A stretch of DNA of 64,000 nt from Pecten maximus (taxonomy: Eukaryota): assembly GCF_902652985.1 (NCBI RefSeq), contig NC_047015.1, forward strand, positions 17,484,001-17,548,000, given 5' to 3'. Below are positions 37,972-50,774 of the stretch, in pieces (position 1 is the first letter of the stretch; the number at the start of each line of letters is the position of its first letter). A model generated the notes under the pieces. It was not told the origin of the DNA and did no database searches. It saw only the letters and a program-made list of their open reading frames with translations. Made by a program: the position numbers and the translations under genes.

Positions 37972-40900
37972 ATGGCGTCTTATTTTGATGAACATGATTG
38001 TGAGCCTCTGAAAGATGGCGAACAACCGAATCACTTGTTACACATGGCAAGGTAGGTGTAATTAATTATACGTGTGCAGCAACAACATTGTAATGTACTG
38101 TATATGTCTTGTAATTAGAGCTGCTGTGTTTTTCACACGTATTGACGTGTCATATGTCGACACTATAGCAAATACAGTTTTTGATAGTAATTGGACACGC
38201 ATTTCAGTGATTATCACAATGTAATTTTACACCAGGCTACCAGGGCCCAGTTTAAAGGTGATTATAGCTTAATCACTTGATCCCCTAGTGAAAAAATTAC
38301 TTAAAAATTTCAGTTTTCATTTCTTGCAACTTTTGTGAGTATATCATCTTTAAATTATGCCAGTTGGTATTACAGAATTTCCTAAAATTTTGTCAAGTTA
38401 ATTCTACCAGAAATTGTTATATCAGGATTGGAAAATGTTAAAATGTGATTAGTCTATAGTTGATCACCTTTTGAACAACTTGACCCAGATGGCAGAAATT
38501 GAAATCTGACAGGAGGCCTTGAATGCATTATAGTTTAAATACATGTACAGTTGTATGTCCATTACATTAATTATTAGTGAGGCCATACATTGTAATTTAT
38601 GTTTCTTCTATTTTTATTTATTTAAACTAAATATATAGTCTAGATTACTGATTGCAATTGAATTGTAATATGACTATCCTATTAAATACTTCACAAACCT
38701 TTTCTTTACTTTCCAAATTATAATAACAGATATGAAGAACATATAATAAGGGTATCACCGTATCGGTATTATGTTTCAGATTACTCCTGGACAGCGGACT
38801 TGCAGCTGAATGGGATCTAGAATATGGCAGGTAATTAAGACAACAGCAGAGAATGTATACTGAGATATTCATGTTATTGGAAACATTAAGAAGCTCCGGT
38901 CATGTCTTTGAAATATAGTGTACTTTTTATACAAATTATAAATAAGTTATTAAACATACTAAACTTACGTATATTTCTTTTCATTATAACAATATAATTT
39001 ATATCAGAAAATTGAGAACGAAACCTGTTCATTTTTCACTGAGGCCAAGAATGGACATATTAGGCCTATATCAAGAAAACAAAACATTGTAACACATTAA
39101 ATTGATTTTAATGAAAGTTGATTTGTGACTTATATTAAAGCTACTAAAATGGAAGAAAATACCAAGCAAGTTTTTGCCCTAAATTTTCAGTTAGGGCGAG
39201 ACAACGTAGGGCAAACAGGATTTAGGGCAAAGCGAACCAGATTAAAGAAAAACAAGCACCAGGTGTTTTGAAAGCAATCTAATTAAAATTAGACTTGTAA
39301 TTTCCACTCCTCTAAGATACTCTATGATACACTTCAATACAAGATCTAACGACGCCCCGTAGGAGGTGATCTCATCATGACCTTTGAGCTCAGTCAATCA
39401 ACGCGCTGCCTATAAAATTTTCAGAGTTATTTCTTTCTTCGGAAGTATGAATACTTACATAACATTCCCGAGGTAACCGAGGTTGATAGCAATGGTAAAC
39501 AACATGGCTTCGCTCACTCCGGCTCACCAAGAAACCTCAACGAATTTAAAATTTAACAATCATGTGCTGTCCGTTTGGTTTTTCCTTCATTGTGCAAGAG
39601 ATAGACAGCGAAGGCAACAGCGTCATAAAAAAAAACTTTGAAAGGGAATATAATTATAACATGTACGGTAACGCTTTTCGAAATCCAGATGGCAACACAA
39701 TCCGTCCTATGAGATATTGTTTAAACGTTTTCTATTCTTCTTTAAATGTAACATCCAGAGGATTAGCAATATTTCTATTACCGTGGCCATGCATTAACAT
39801 AATGCAGTTATGTTTGTGAAGTTTTGCGTAAATGTATTTCAAATCAAGCGTTGAATTGAGTCGTAAATGCTAAGGAGACGCAACCGAAGGCTCGTATAAG
39901 ACTCTTTTGTCATTGGTTGATTAATGATGTCATTGACCAGTTTTCATTGGCTTATATTTGAAGCTCAAAGGTCAGCTGAGATGACCTTCTACAGGGCATC
40001 GTTAGATCTTGTATTGAAGTGTATCGTAGAGGAGTGAAAATTACAAGTCTAATTTTAATCAGATTGTTTGGAAAGCTATTATCACTAATACACTGATTGT
40101 AGAATCAATTGTAGCTTCAGACCACTCTCCCTTAGAACATGGCAGCCTTGGCTTCGAGATGCATTCGCAATAGGGGACAATGCTGGTATTTTACTCAAAA
40201 TGAGTAATTACATCCCTGCAGCAGACACTTGTATTCCAACTTTGGTTGTGGTTAACTTAGTTTACCCCAGATGTGGTCTTGGAGTAGAGCAAACTGATTA
40301 TTTTGCCTTCCCATTTTGTCAGTGGTCAACAGGTGCTGGAATTGGCCACTTTCCGTCGGACGTCTTTGTCAAGACAAATTTTCTGAAGGCTTTGCAGCGG
40401 TTTCAGCACATTTTGTCTTACCTTCAATGTTAGTTTTTCCACACCCACCAACCATTATTTACTTAATTTTAGATAGGGGGGGGGGGGGGGGGGGGGGCAT
40501 GTTTGAGGCTGGGGGTTTTTGGTGTAATATTTCATGTATAGACATCTGATGTTTTTTTTATATGCTTATATGTACAGAGAAGTTCTCTTTATGTAAAGAC
40601 GAAATTCACAAGTTATATTACATTGATATAAAGGGAATCTGATGTAAATATCTTTTATTTATTATTTTAGTGTTGTGGATCTGATGATATTTGATATTCA
40701 GATATAATTATTAGAGAAAATTTGTGTATCTATATTCTATAATGAACTGAATTATGTAATGACATTATGTAGTACTGGTTATTTATTAATACTATGAATG
40801 ACTGATTATGAGAAATGTTCATAAGACTAATTTATTTTTCACACCCAATCTATTTTTCACACCTAATCTATTGATTATTCGACTATAGTTTGGTTGACAG

Positions 40901-42982
40901 TTCAGTGTGCTTTGTTGAATGTGTGCTTGGTGTGTTGCATATTAAATTTGTCACATATGTATTGTCTTTACTCGTTGTTACTTGTGATAAATTCAGCCAA
41001 ACACCTTTCTTGTTTGTTTGTATCTTGTTGTGGGGTCAGTGTTTTTTTTCTGTAGGGTTAGTTATTTCCCCACTGATGGCATATTGCTTTTCCAATCTGA
41101 TTAAAATCATATCTTGAACTCCTGTTCCGTAAACTACAGTCTGCTTCATCTTGACATAGTGCATAGTAGTTTTTATGGAATGAGACAACAGATCAAGATA
41201 TGGCGTAGCAGGCTGCTGCAGCAGCGTGTAATTTACAGAATGGGAGTACAGATCAAGATATGATTTTAATCAGATTGGTTGCTTTTTCCTTGTTGGTTTT
41301 CTTCCAATATCCAAAACAAACTTTGTTACCTTGAAGTTATGTTGATTGTTATACCTTGTAAACAACATGAAATTAGATTACATATTTTTGTATTTTCATT
41401 TTTCGTTTTCAAATATTATGATTTGCATAAATCATATAAGTCAGGAAGATGATATTCAGTGTTACCGAAGTCAAGACAAGATTGTCATGTTTACAGGGTT
41501 TTTGGAGGAGAGGGGAAATCTCCACCTGCTTCAAAGAAGGTTGTGGAATCATTACCTACCCACCTGGTGACACCTGCTGAAGCTGGTAAGTCTATACATA
41601 GTACATGTATTGGTCATAACAGTTCATCAACAGCTCAGTAGAATATGTTTTGGTATTCATAAAGAATTTTAAAGAAAGGATGAAGAGATTGTAACTAGAC
41701 TTAATAAGTCAGCCATTCTTTGAGCAAGGAACATGCAATTGAATTTACTTTGCCAAGTCCATTCAGGAAAGCATGTATCTCTGTTTTCCAGAAGTTGAAA
41801 TTTATGGAAATTTTATGCAAAGCATCCTTGAATCATGGTAATGACAAAATATGAAGATCGACTATGCATTATTAATTAGATACAACTTAAAAGATATTTC
41901 AGTGCGTAAAGAGATTCATACAAGTTAAAAAAGAAATACTGCAGCATATTTCATGGCCTGTTTTTTATATTTTGTTTCCACTCTATTTTTCAGCTCTGGA
42001 GAAGAAATGTCCTGTGTGTTTAGGTCTGTTTGATGAGGAGGATGAACTTAAGGAAATACCATGCTGTCATCGGTTCCACTCCAAATGTATCCTACCCTGG
42101 CTAGAGAAGGTGATGATCTACCTACTTAACATCACATGCAATTAATCATAAATCAATAATTCCTTATAGCATATAACAACCAAATTTGATAAACTGAACT
42201 ATACACAATAGTTACAACATATTAATCAGCAGTAAATAACATGTAAGTTCAAAATTGAATAAACTTTCTTTTTTTTCTTTTTTTTTGTGCGGAGATGGGG
42301 GGTGTTCCAGAAGGCAGCAGAGAGACATGGCTGATAATGATGATAAGCTTTTACAGATTAATTATAACATGACTGAATGAGCTCTGTTGATATTTATTTA
42401 CAGGTAAACAGTTGTCCTCTATGTCGTTATATTTATTTACAGGTAAACAGTTGTCCTCTATGTCGTGATATTTATTTACAGGTAAACAGTTGTCCTCTAT
42501 GTCGTGATATTTATTTACAGGTAAACAGTTGTCCTCTATGTCGTCATGAATTACCTACTGATGATCCTGATTATGAAGCATACAAAAAACACAAAGTAAG
42601 TCTACTCACCCTTCCTTCCACAATCTGTCACACTGATTTGTCCAGATTATCCACCATCCCTCCCCATCCATCCACAATCCCTTCCAACCCCTCCCCATCC
42701 TTCCAGAATCTGTCACACTGACTTGCCCAAATTATCAACCATCCCTCACTATCCCCCTTCCTTCCAAAATCTGTCTTTCTGACACACCCAGATTGTCCAC
42801 CGTCCCTCTCCACATTTTCTGTCTCTGTCTGCTAATTTCTTAATACAATCTCTAAATAAACCTAGTTTCAAATGCTTTGAAATCTTCATAATTTGAGGGG
42901 GTTTTTTTGGTTTTTTTTTCAGGCTAGAGCAAAACAGCGAGAATTTGAAATGGAAGAGCTGCACAACTCCATGTTCGGATGA
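37972..42982 (+). CDS. RNF181: E3 ubiquitin-protein ligase RNF181 (RING-H2), 156 aa, complete
   Basis: Exons 37972-38051 ([27 protein letters not shown]; [12 protein letters not shown] is the RNF181 N-terminus), 38780-38830, 41497-41585 ([12 protein letters not shown]), 41994-42109 ([26 protein letters not shown]), 42521-42595 ([19 protein letters not shown]), 42923-42982 ([19 protein letters not shown]). 471 nt total, all GT-AG, phases consistent. Confidence 0.96.
38241..38488. mobile_element. MITE with imperfect TIRs in an RNF181 intron
   Basis: cagggcccagtt..aaaggtgatta..ttaatcac versus gtgattag..tgatcacctttt..aacttgacccag. Confidence 0.5.
39276..40065. mobile_element. Non-autonomous TIR transposon (Mutator-like), ~110-bp TIRs, ~11-bp TSD
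   Basis: aatctaattaaaattagacttgtaattt..ctttgagct versus agctcaaag..aaattacaagtctaattttaatcagatt; flanks gttttgaaagc / gtttggaaagc. Confidence 0.8.
41094..41276. mobile_element. Short MITE with the same AATCT(G/A)ATTAAAAT termini
   Basis: aatctgattaaaatcatatcttga / tcaagatatgattttaatcagatt; flanks share ttgctttt(t)cc. Confidence 0.7.
42389..42544 (+). repeat. Four tandem 39-bp copies spanning the RNF181 intron 4/exon 5 acceptor
   Basis: GATATTTATTTACAG|GTAAACAGTTGTCCTCTATGTCGT x4; possible exon starts at 42404, 42443, 42482 and 42521. Confidence 0.95.
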
Positions 42983-43390
42983 GATTGTTACAGGAAAGTG
43001 ACTAGTAAGAACTGAAGGATATGATATAAAATTATCAGTCTCCAAATCAAAACTGACAGTTTGGTTTACACAGAATTCACATTGGAAAACTAGAGTAGCT
43101 AAAGACAGGCTAGCCATTGGCTTTCTCTGTGAAGACCTCTGACAATGTGCGAGTCTACCTACTGCCACATTCCAATCCTTATAGGTGGAATTAAGTGTAC
43201 CAGCTGGGAGCTACTCATGGGAACTGCTGGTCATTCTCTGAGGGAGAGATGATTACTTAGTACTCGTGAGAAAAGTGATATAGAGTACACCAGATATAAT
43301 TTATTTATAATGCAGCAGGACTGTTAATGATCTTATTCCACAGACGTTTTCATATATGTGTACGCTTTGTACCTCCCTGAACACTTCAGT

Positions 43391-43396
43391 AATAAA
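43391..43396 (+). terminator. RNF181 polyadenylation signal
   Basis: AATAAA ~410 nt after the stop codon, followed by a GT/T-rich downstream element (tgtgttgttgttttttgtt). Confidence 0.6.
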
Positions 43397-44652
43397 GATT
43401 GTGTTCATCACAGTATTGTGTTGTTGTTTTTTGTTATTCAATTATTTCTTGACAATCATATGTATAAGATATCCTCCGTCATAGGAGAACCTGTAGTACA
43501 TGTACGTTTATATGACCTTCCTTCATGAATCTTGTCACATTTTATAGTATTAAAATAATGTATTGCTGAAGACACTAATTTGCCCTCTCGGTTCATTTTC
43601 CAGTGACTGTTTTGTCTTTTTCAGTAAAGGTGACATTGACATCTGACTGTCAACCTTTCAATTTGAAAACCAATTATGAGCAAGCACTTCCAATAAGAAA
43701 GCAGCCTGTGATGTTTGAGTTAGATTGGTCCAATTGAAGTTAACTTTTTTGACAGAATTGATGATCCCAACCAGTCCCAACCAAGAGATCTGTCAAATGA
43801 ACTCTGGCTTTAAAAGGGTAGCACAATTTTCTATAAATAGTAACAGTGACCTTTGACCTTTCATATTAAAAAGTCATCCCAAGCAAATGGCGTCCATAGT
43901 GAAGCACCATGTGATGTTTCAGGTTATTCGGTCCAAGGTAAGTTTAGTTATTATGTAGTTGAAAATCAATTTCTATTCATAATAATAATGACTTTATGAC
44001 CAAAAAATAAATCTTAGATTAGCAGTCCCAATAAGAAGCAGTGTGTGAAGTTAAGTTATGGTCCAGAAATGGTGATACATTCAGACAGATGTGTACTTTG
44101 TAAGAAGGGGAAGGGCAGTTTTCATCAACTCTTCCTTGGAATTCACATACGCAAGAAATCTTTTCGAAATCAAAGGAAAGCTCTAAACATTTTCCTGTAA
44201 ATCCAATTGATAATGAATCTACGGCCACAATGATAATGGGTTCTTCATTTAAAAGTAAATTAAAATGCCATATAGTATATCTCTTAAAAGATAGTAATAG
44301 CCGCTTCTAAAACCAGGGTTTTAGAGATAAAGTTTGCCTTTCCTCAATGTTGCAAACCAACAGGACTCTTCCCTATCGTTTGAGTCAGTCTGTTTCTCAA
44401 ATGACGGATCAGAGTCTCATGAGTTTCCCAATCAAATGACAGAGCATGCAAATTCTTGTTAGGTTTCCTATGATGACATTTCCTGACCCTAATAACTATG
44501 TAAAATTAGTGGTCCTGACCACTGGGACATGGCAGAATTTTTAACTCGCCTGCCCAGCTTATGTTGTGGTGCAGAATCAGTTTCTGTCTGGCCTGCTGGT
44601 GTCAACTGTCAACTGGTGCTGGTGCTGACTTGATGCATTAAAGAATTTGATT

Positions 44653-46309
44653 AAACCTCCAGCACTTGGTCAAACCTCCAGCATTGGTCAAACCTCCAGC
44701 ATTGGTCAAACCTCCAGCACTTGGTCAAACCTACAACACTTGGTCAAACCTTCAACACTTGGTCAAACCTACAACACTTGGTCAAACCTACAACACTTGG
44801 TCAAACCTACAACACTTGGTCAAACCTCCAACACTTGGTCAAACCTACAACACTTGGTCAAACCTACAACACTTGGTCAAACCTTCAACACTTGGTCAAA
44901 CCTACAACACTTGGTCAAACCTTCAACACTTGGTCAAACCTACAACACTTGGTCAAACCTACAACACTTGGTCAAACCTCCAACACTTGGTCAAACCTAC
45001 AACACTTGGTCAAACCTACAACACTTGGTCAAACCTTCAACACTTGGTCAAACCTACAACACTTGGTCAAACCTACAACACTTGGTCAAACCTACAACAC
45101 TTGGTCAAACCTTCAACACTTGGTCAAACCTACAACACTTGGTCAAACCTACAACACTTGGTCAAACCTCCAGCACTTGGTCAAACCTACAACACTTGGT
45201 CAAACCTACAACACTTGGTCAAACCTTCAACACTTGGTCAAACCTACAACACTTGGTCAAACCTCCAGCATTGGTCAAACCTATAACACTTGGTCAAACC
45301 TACAACACTTGGTCAAACCTACAACACTTGGTCAAACCTACAACACTTGGTCAAACCTACAACACTTGGTCAAACCTCCAACATTTGGTCAAACCTCCAA
45401 CACTTGGTCAAACCTACAACACTTGGTCAAACCTCCAACATTTGGTCAAACCTCCAACACTTGGTCAAACCTACAACACTTGGTCAAACCTCCAACACTT
45501 GGTCAAACCTCCAGCATTGGTCAAACCTACAACACTTGCTGGTCAAACCTCCAACATTTGGTCAAACGTCCAACACTTGGTCAAACCTACAACACTTGGT
45601 CAAACCTACAACACTTGGTCAAACCTCCAACATTTGGTCAAACCTCCAACATTTGGTCAAACCTCCAACATTTGGTCAAACCTCCAGCACTTGGTCAAAC
45701 CTCCAGCACTTGGTCAAACCTCCAACACTTGGTCAAACCTCCAGCATTGGTCAAACCTACAACACTTGCTGGTCAAACCTCCAACATTTGGTCAAACCTA
45801 CAACACTTGGTCAAACCTTACAACACTTGGTCAAACCTCCAACACTTGGTCAAACCTACAACACTTGGTCAAACCTACAACACTTGGTCAAACCTCCAAC
45901 ACTTGGTCAAACCTACAACACTTGGTCAAACCTACAACACTTGGTCAAACCTACAACACTTGGGCAAACCTACAACACTTGGGCAAACCTCCAGCATTGG
46001 TCAAACCTCCAGCACTTGGTCAAACCTACAACACTTGGTCAAACCTACAACACTTGGTCAAACCTACAACATTTGGTCAAACCTACAACACTTGGTCAAA
46101 CCTACAACACTTGGGCAAACCTCCAGCATTGGTCAAACCTCCAGCACTTGGTCAAACCTACAACACTTGGTCAAACCTACAACACTTGCTGGTCAAACGT
46201 CCAACACTTGGTCAAACCTACAACACTTGGTCAAACCTCCATCACTTGGTCAAACCTCCAACACTTGGTCAAATCTCCAACACTTGGTCAAACCTACAAC
46301 ACTTGGTCA
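44653..46309. repeat. Minisatellite, 19-bp unit GGTCAAACCTACAACACTT (~87 copies)
   Basis: Direct tandem repetition with tac/tcc/ttc variants. Confidence 0.97.
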
Positions 46310-47646
46310 GTCTGTATTAAAACTTTGAAAGAAACAAATTCAATTTAACATCTAATTGAACAGGTCTGGCCGCATTATTTGAAAAAAAACAAGTTCTGAT
46401 CAATCGTAAAAATTACTGCATTTAATTTGATGTATGAGGTAAATTTTCCTGAGAAGAAAATTATTTATATATTAAAGAACTTTATCCACTTTGATTAACC
46501 TTCATGTAATTGGTAAGTCTGAGGCAATAAAGGTATCAAATTGTAAGGGCGATGTACATACAATGAAGGTGGTTGGAATGTCTCTGATAATTTTGAGAAA
46601 CACGGCCAAACACAAAACTCAACAGTCGAGATTCCCAGCATCACAGCGTCACTGGACCACAGTGTAAGAAGTAAGTGTAACTTGGATATTTTGCATGCAC
46701 GATATGGACCTGGTTGTGTCTCCATTGCTTCCATATTCTAGCGAATTATAATCACACGAACAATTGTAAGTAAATGGTTCAGAGGAATGCTGGACTGTTT
46801 GAAATGGCAATATTTCTATGAACTGATAAAGAGATATATCTGTTACAATGAAAACAGAAATAATGTGAGCATCAGTCGACATTTCCTGTGAAATAGATAT
46901 AATTTAGTGAACTAACCCTCTGAATCGTCATTGTGTTTCTGTGTCGTTAGTTTACATCACTACTGAACCGTTAGTTCTACTGTCAATGAAAACAACTATT
47001 ACCGTTATTCATCTCTTTTTTTAATTTTCAGTCGAATTGAATCTCCCAAATTCTAACCCTAATCCTAAGGTTACAGGGGTCAAATTTGGTTTTTTAAAAA
47101 AATCAAACGTCTTCTAATTAACATAAAGCCCTGAAATCAAGATGGCTGATAGGTTCCCATCATGGTATCCGACAAAGTTTTTCATCCAGTTAAAGTTTAA
47201 GATCAGAAACATTACCAACCTATAACGTCTGCATCTTCTACACAAACTTACGTACTCCATACCTCGAGTTCCGTTTGCTACAAAAAATGTAGAATATAAA
47301 ATACATGTACCAAACTATCTAAATGGATGATAAATAATGGCATACCCCTAGATAAAGGGGAAGGCGTTTATCATAATCAGGTACGTTAACATATATTTTA
47401 GAATTAAAACCTAAATTTTAGTTCTCTACGTCATACTGGCATTAGAAGGCCTAGCGCCACCCATATTGAAGGTCACAAAATATTCAAATGCCGTCTTCTG
47501 ATTAACTGAAATACATAAAGCCACTTGGTGTTGAAAGCAGGCAAGCAATGTGAACCCATTTGGCCTCTTCTTGTACAGTTAGGGACCAAGGGAAATACAT
47601 TGTGATCAAGGTATTCATATCATGTAATAGACGACTTGTCACCATG

Positions 47647-47711
47647 ATCATGTCCGGGTATTGGGCCGACCATCACTGCGCCATTGAAACGTCCATTTCA
47701 AGAACGTGGAT
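47647..47711 (-). repeat. Dispersed repeat fragment, homologous to 702-770
   Basis: See alignment under 702-770. Confidence 0.7.
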
Positions 47712-47777
47712 GTCAATGGATGTGGCGCAGCTGTATATCAGCTGCTGGTATTTCCGGCTTGGATGGTTGTATAGCCC

Positions 47778-50453
47778 GTAAGTAAGGATAGGTCATTATA
47801 GTCGGCTAACTATACCTCGTTATGTAGGTAAGGATAGGTCATTATAGTCGGCTAACCATACCTCGTTATGTAGGTAAGGATAGGTCATTATAGTCGGCTA
47901 ACCATACCTCGTTATGTAGGTAAGGATAGGTCATTATAGTCGGCTAACCATACCTCGTTATGTAGGTACGGATAGGTCATTATAGTCAGCTAACCATACC
48001 TCGTTATCGTAGATAAGGATAGGTCATTATAGTCGGCTAACCATACCTCATTATGTAGGTAAGGATAGGTCATTATAGTCGGCTAACCATACCTCGTTAT
48101 GTAGGTAAGGATAGGTCATTATAGTCGGCTAACCATACCTCGTTATGTAGGTAAGGATAGGTCATTATAGTCGGCTAACCATACCTCGTTATGTAGGTAA
48201 GGATAGGTCATTATAGTCGGCTAACCATACCTCGTTATGTAGGTAAGGATAGGTCATTATAGTCGGCTAACCATACCTCGTTATGTAGGTACGGATAGGC
48301 CATTATAGTCGGCTAACCATACCTCGTTATGTAGGTAAGGATAGGTCATTATAGTCGGCTAACCATACCTCGTTATGTAGGTAAGGATAGGCCATTATAG
48401 TCGGCTAACCATACCTCGTTATGTAGGTACGGATAGGCCATTATAGTCGGCTAACCATACCTCGTTATGTAGGTAAGGATAGGTCATTATAGTCGGCTAA
48501 CCATACCTCGTTATGTAGGTAAGGATAGGTCATTATAGTCGGCTAACCATACCTCGTTATGTAGGTAAGGATAGGTCAGTATAGTCGGCTAACCATACCT
48601 CGTTATGTAGGTAAGGATAGGCCATTGTAGTCGGCTAACCATACCTCGTCATTATAGTCGGCTAACTATACCTCGTTATGTAGGTAAGGATAGATCATTA
48701 TAGTCGGCTAACCATACCTCGTTATGTAGGTAAGGATAGGTCATTATAGTCGGCTAACTATACCTCGTTATGTAGGTAAGGATAGGTCATTATAGTCGGC
48801 TAACCATACCTCGTTATGTAGGTAAGGATAGGTCATTATAGTCGGCTAACCATACCTCGTTATGTAGGTAAGGATAGGTCATTATAGTCGGCTAACCATA
48901 CCTCGTTATGTAGGTAAGGATAGGTCATTATAGTCGGCTAACTATACCTCGTTATGTAGGTAAGGATAGGTCATTATAGTCGGCTAACCATACCTCGTTA
49001 TGTAGGTAAGGATAGGTCATTATAGTCGGCTAACCATACCTCGTCATTATAGTCGGCTAACTATACCTCGTTATGTAGGTAAGGATAGGTCATTATAGTC
49101 GGCTAACCATACCTCGTTATGTAGGTAAGGATAGGTCATTATAGTCGGCTAACCATACCTCGTTATGTAGGTAAGGATAGGTCATTATAGTCGGCTAACC
49201 ATACCTCGTTATGTAGGTAAGGATAGGTCAGTATAGTCGGCTAACCATACCTCGTTATGTAGGTAAGGATAGGACATTATAGTCGGCTAACCATACCTCG
49301 TCATTATAGTCGGCTAACTATACCTCGTTATGTAGGTAAGGATAGGACATTATAGTCGGCTAACCATACCTCGTCATTATAGTCGGCTAACTATACCTCG
49401 TTATGTAGGTAAGGATAGGCCATTATGGTCGGCTAACCATACCTCGTTATGAAGGTAAGGATAGGACATTATAGTCGGCTAACCATACCTCGTTATGTAG
49501 TTAAGGATAGGTCATTATAGTCGGCTAACCATACCTCGTTATGTAGGTAAGGATAAGTAATTATAGTCGGCTAACCATACCTCGTTATGTAGGTAAGGAT
49601 AGGTCAGTATAGTCGGCTAACCATACCTCGTTATGTAGGTAAGGATAGGACATTATAGTCGGCTAACCATACCTCGTCATTATAGTCGGCTAACCATACC
49701 TCGTTATGTAGGTAAGGATAGGTCATGATAGTCGGCTAACCATACCTCGTTATGTAGGTAAGGATAGGTCATTATAGTCGGCTAACCATACCTCGTTATG
49801 TAGGTAAGGATAGGTCATTATAGTCGGCTAACCATACCTCGTTATGTAGGTAAGGATAGGTCATTATAGTCGGCTAACCACACCTCGTTATGTAGGTAAG
49901 GATAGGTCATTATAGTCGGCTAACCATACCTCGTTATGTAGGTAAGGATAGGTCATTATAGTCGGCTAACCACACCTCGTTATGTAGGTAAGGATAGGTC
50001 ATTATAATCGGCTAACCATACCTCGTTATGTAGGTAAGGATAGGCCATTATAGTCGGCTAACCATACCTCGTTATGTAGGTAAGGATAGGTCATTATAAT
50101 CGGCTAACCATACCTCGTTATGTAGGTAAGGATAGGTCATTATAGTCGGCTAACCATACCTCGTTATGTAGGTACGGATAGGACATTATAGTCGGCTAAC
50201 CATACCTCGTTATGTAGATCAGGATAGGTCATTAAAGTCGACTAACCATACCTCGTTATGTAGGTAAGGATAGGTCATTATAGTCGGCTAACCATACCTC
50301 GTTATGTAGGTAAGGATAGGTCATTATAGTCGGCTAACCATACCTCGTTATGTAGGTAAGGATAGGTCATTATAGTCGGCTAACCATACCTCGTTATGTA
50401 GCTAAGGATAGGTCATTATAGTCGGCTAACCATACCTCGTTATGTAGGTAAGT
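47778..50453 (+). repeat. Minisatellite, 46-bp unit GTAAGGATAGGTCATTATAGTCGGCTAACCATACCTCGTTATGTAG (~58 copies)
   Basis: Highly homogeneous array; begins and ends with GTAAGT; a few 28-bp deletion units. Confidence 0.97.
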
Positions 50454-50718
50454 ATAAGTCATTTTGAAATGTTTCTGTCGACATTCAGAAAAGGTTAAAT
50501 TAATTTTGATTGAGAAAAAAAAAGAAAAAGAAAAAAACTTTCAAAGTATACACTACATATGCATGTGCTCATTTGCTTGAGACACAATATGTTAATATGT
50601 CATCGAAGCACCGAGTCGAAGAAGAACTTCATTAACAAAATATTGCCATGGTCTGCCGACCGCATGATCTCATCTAATTTCTGGGTCTTGTGCAAGGCTG
50701 TCTACTTTCATTTTGTTA

Positions 50719-50745
50719 TCACGTGGGAACGATGTAGCCGGAAGT
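50719..50745 (+). promoter_or_regulatory. ZIP11 proximal promoter motifs (E-box and ETS)
   Basis: TCACGTG at 50719-50725 and CCGGAAGT at 50738-50745, 30-55 nt upstream of the ATG. Confidence 0.45.
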
Positions 50746-50774
50746 CGGCCTACACAACATGTACAGTTGGCAAA

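Noticed and set aside
44647-46348. ORFs in all three plus frames (up to 557 aa)
   Set aside because: A 19-bp unit without plus-strand stop codons opens all frames by arithmetic.
44019-46885. Possible minus-strand gene (acceptor at 46886, Cys-containing ORFs at 46882-46649 and 44228-44019)
   Set aside because: In-frame stops, no consistent exon chain and no recognisable domain; could be a pseudogene or lncRNA but is unsupported.
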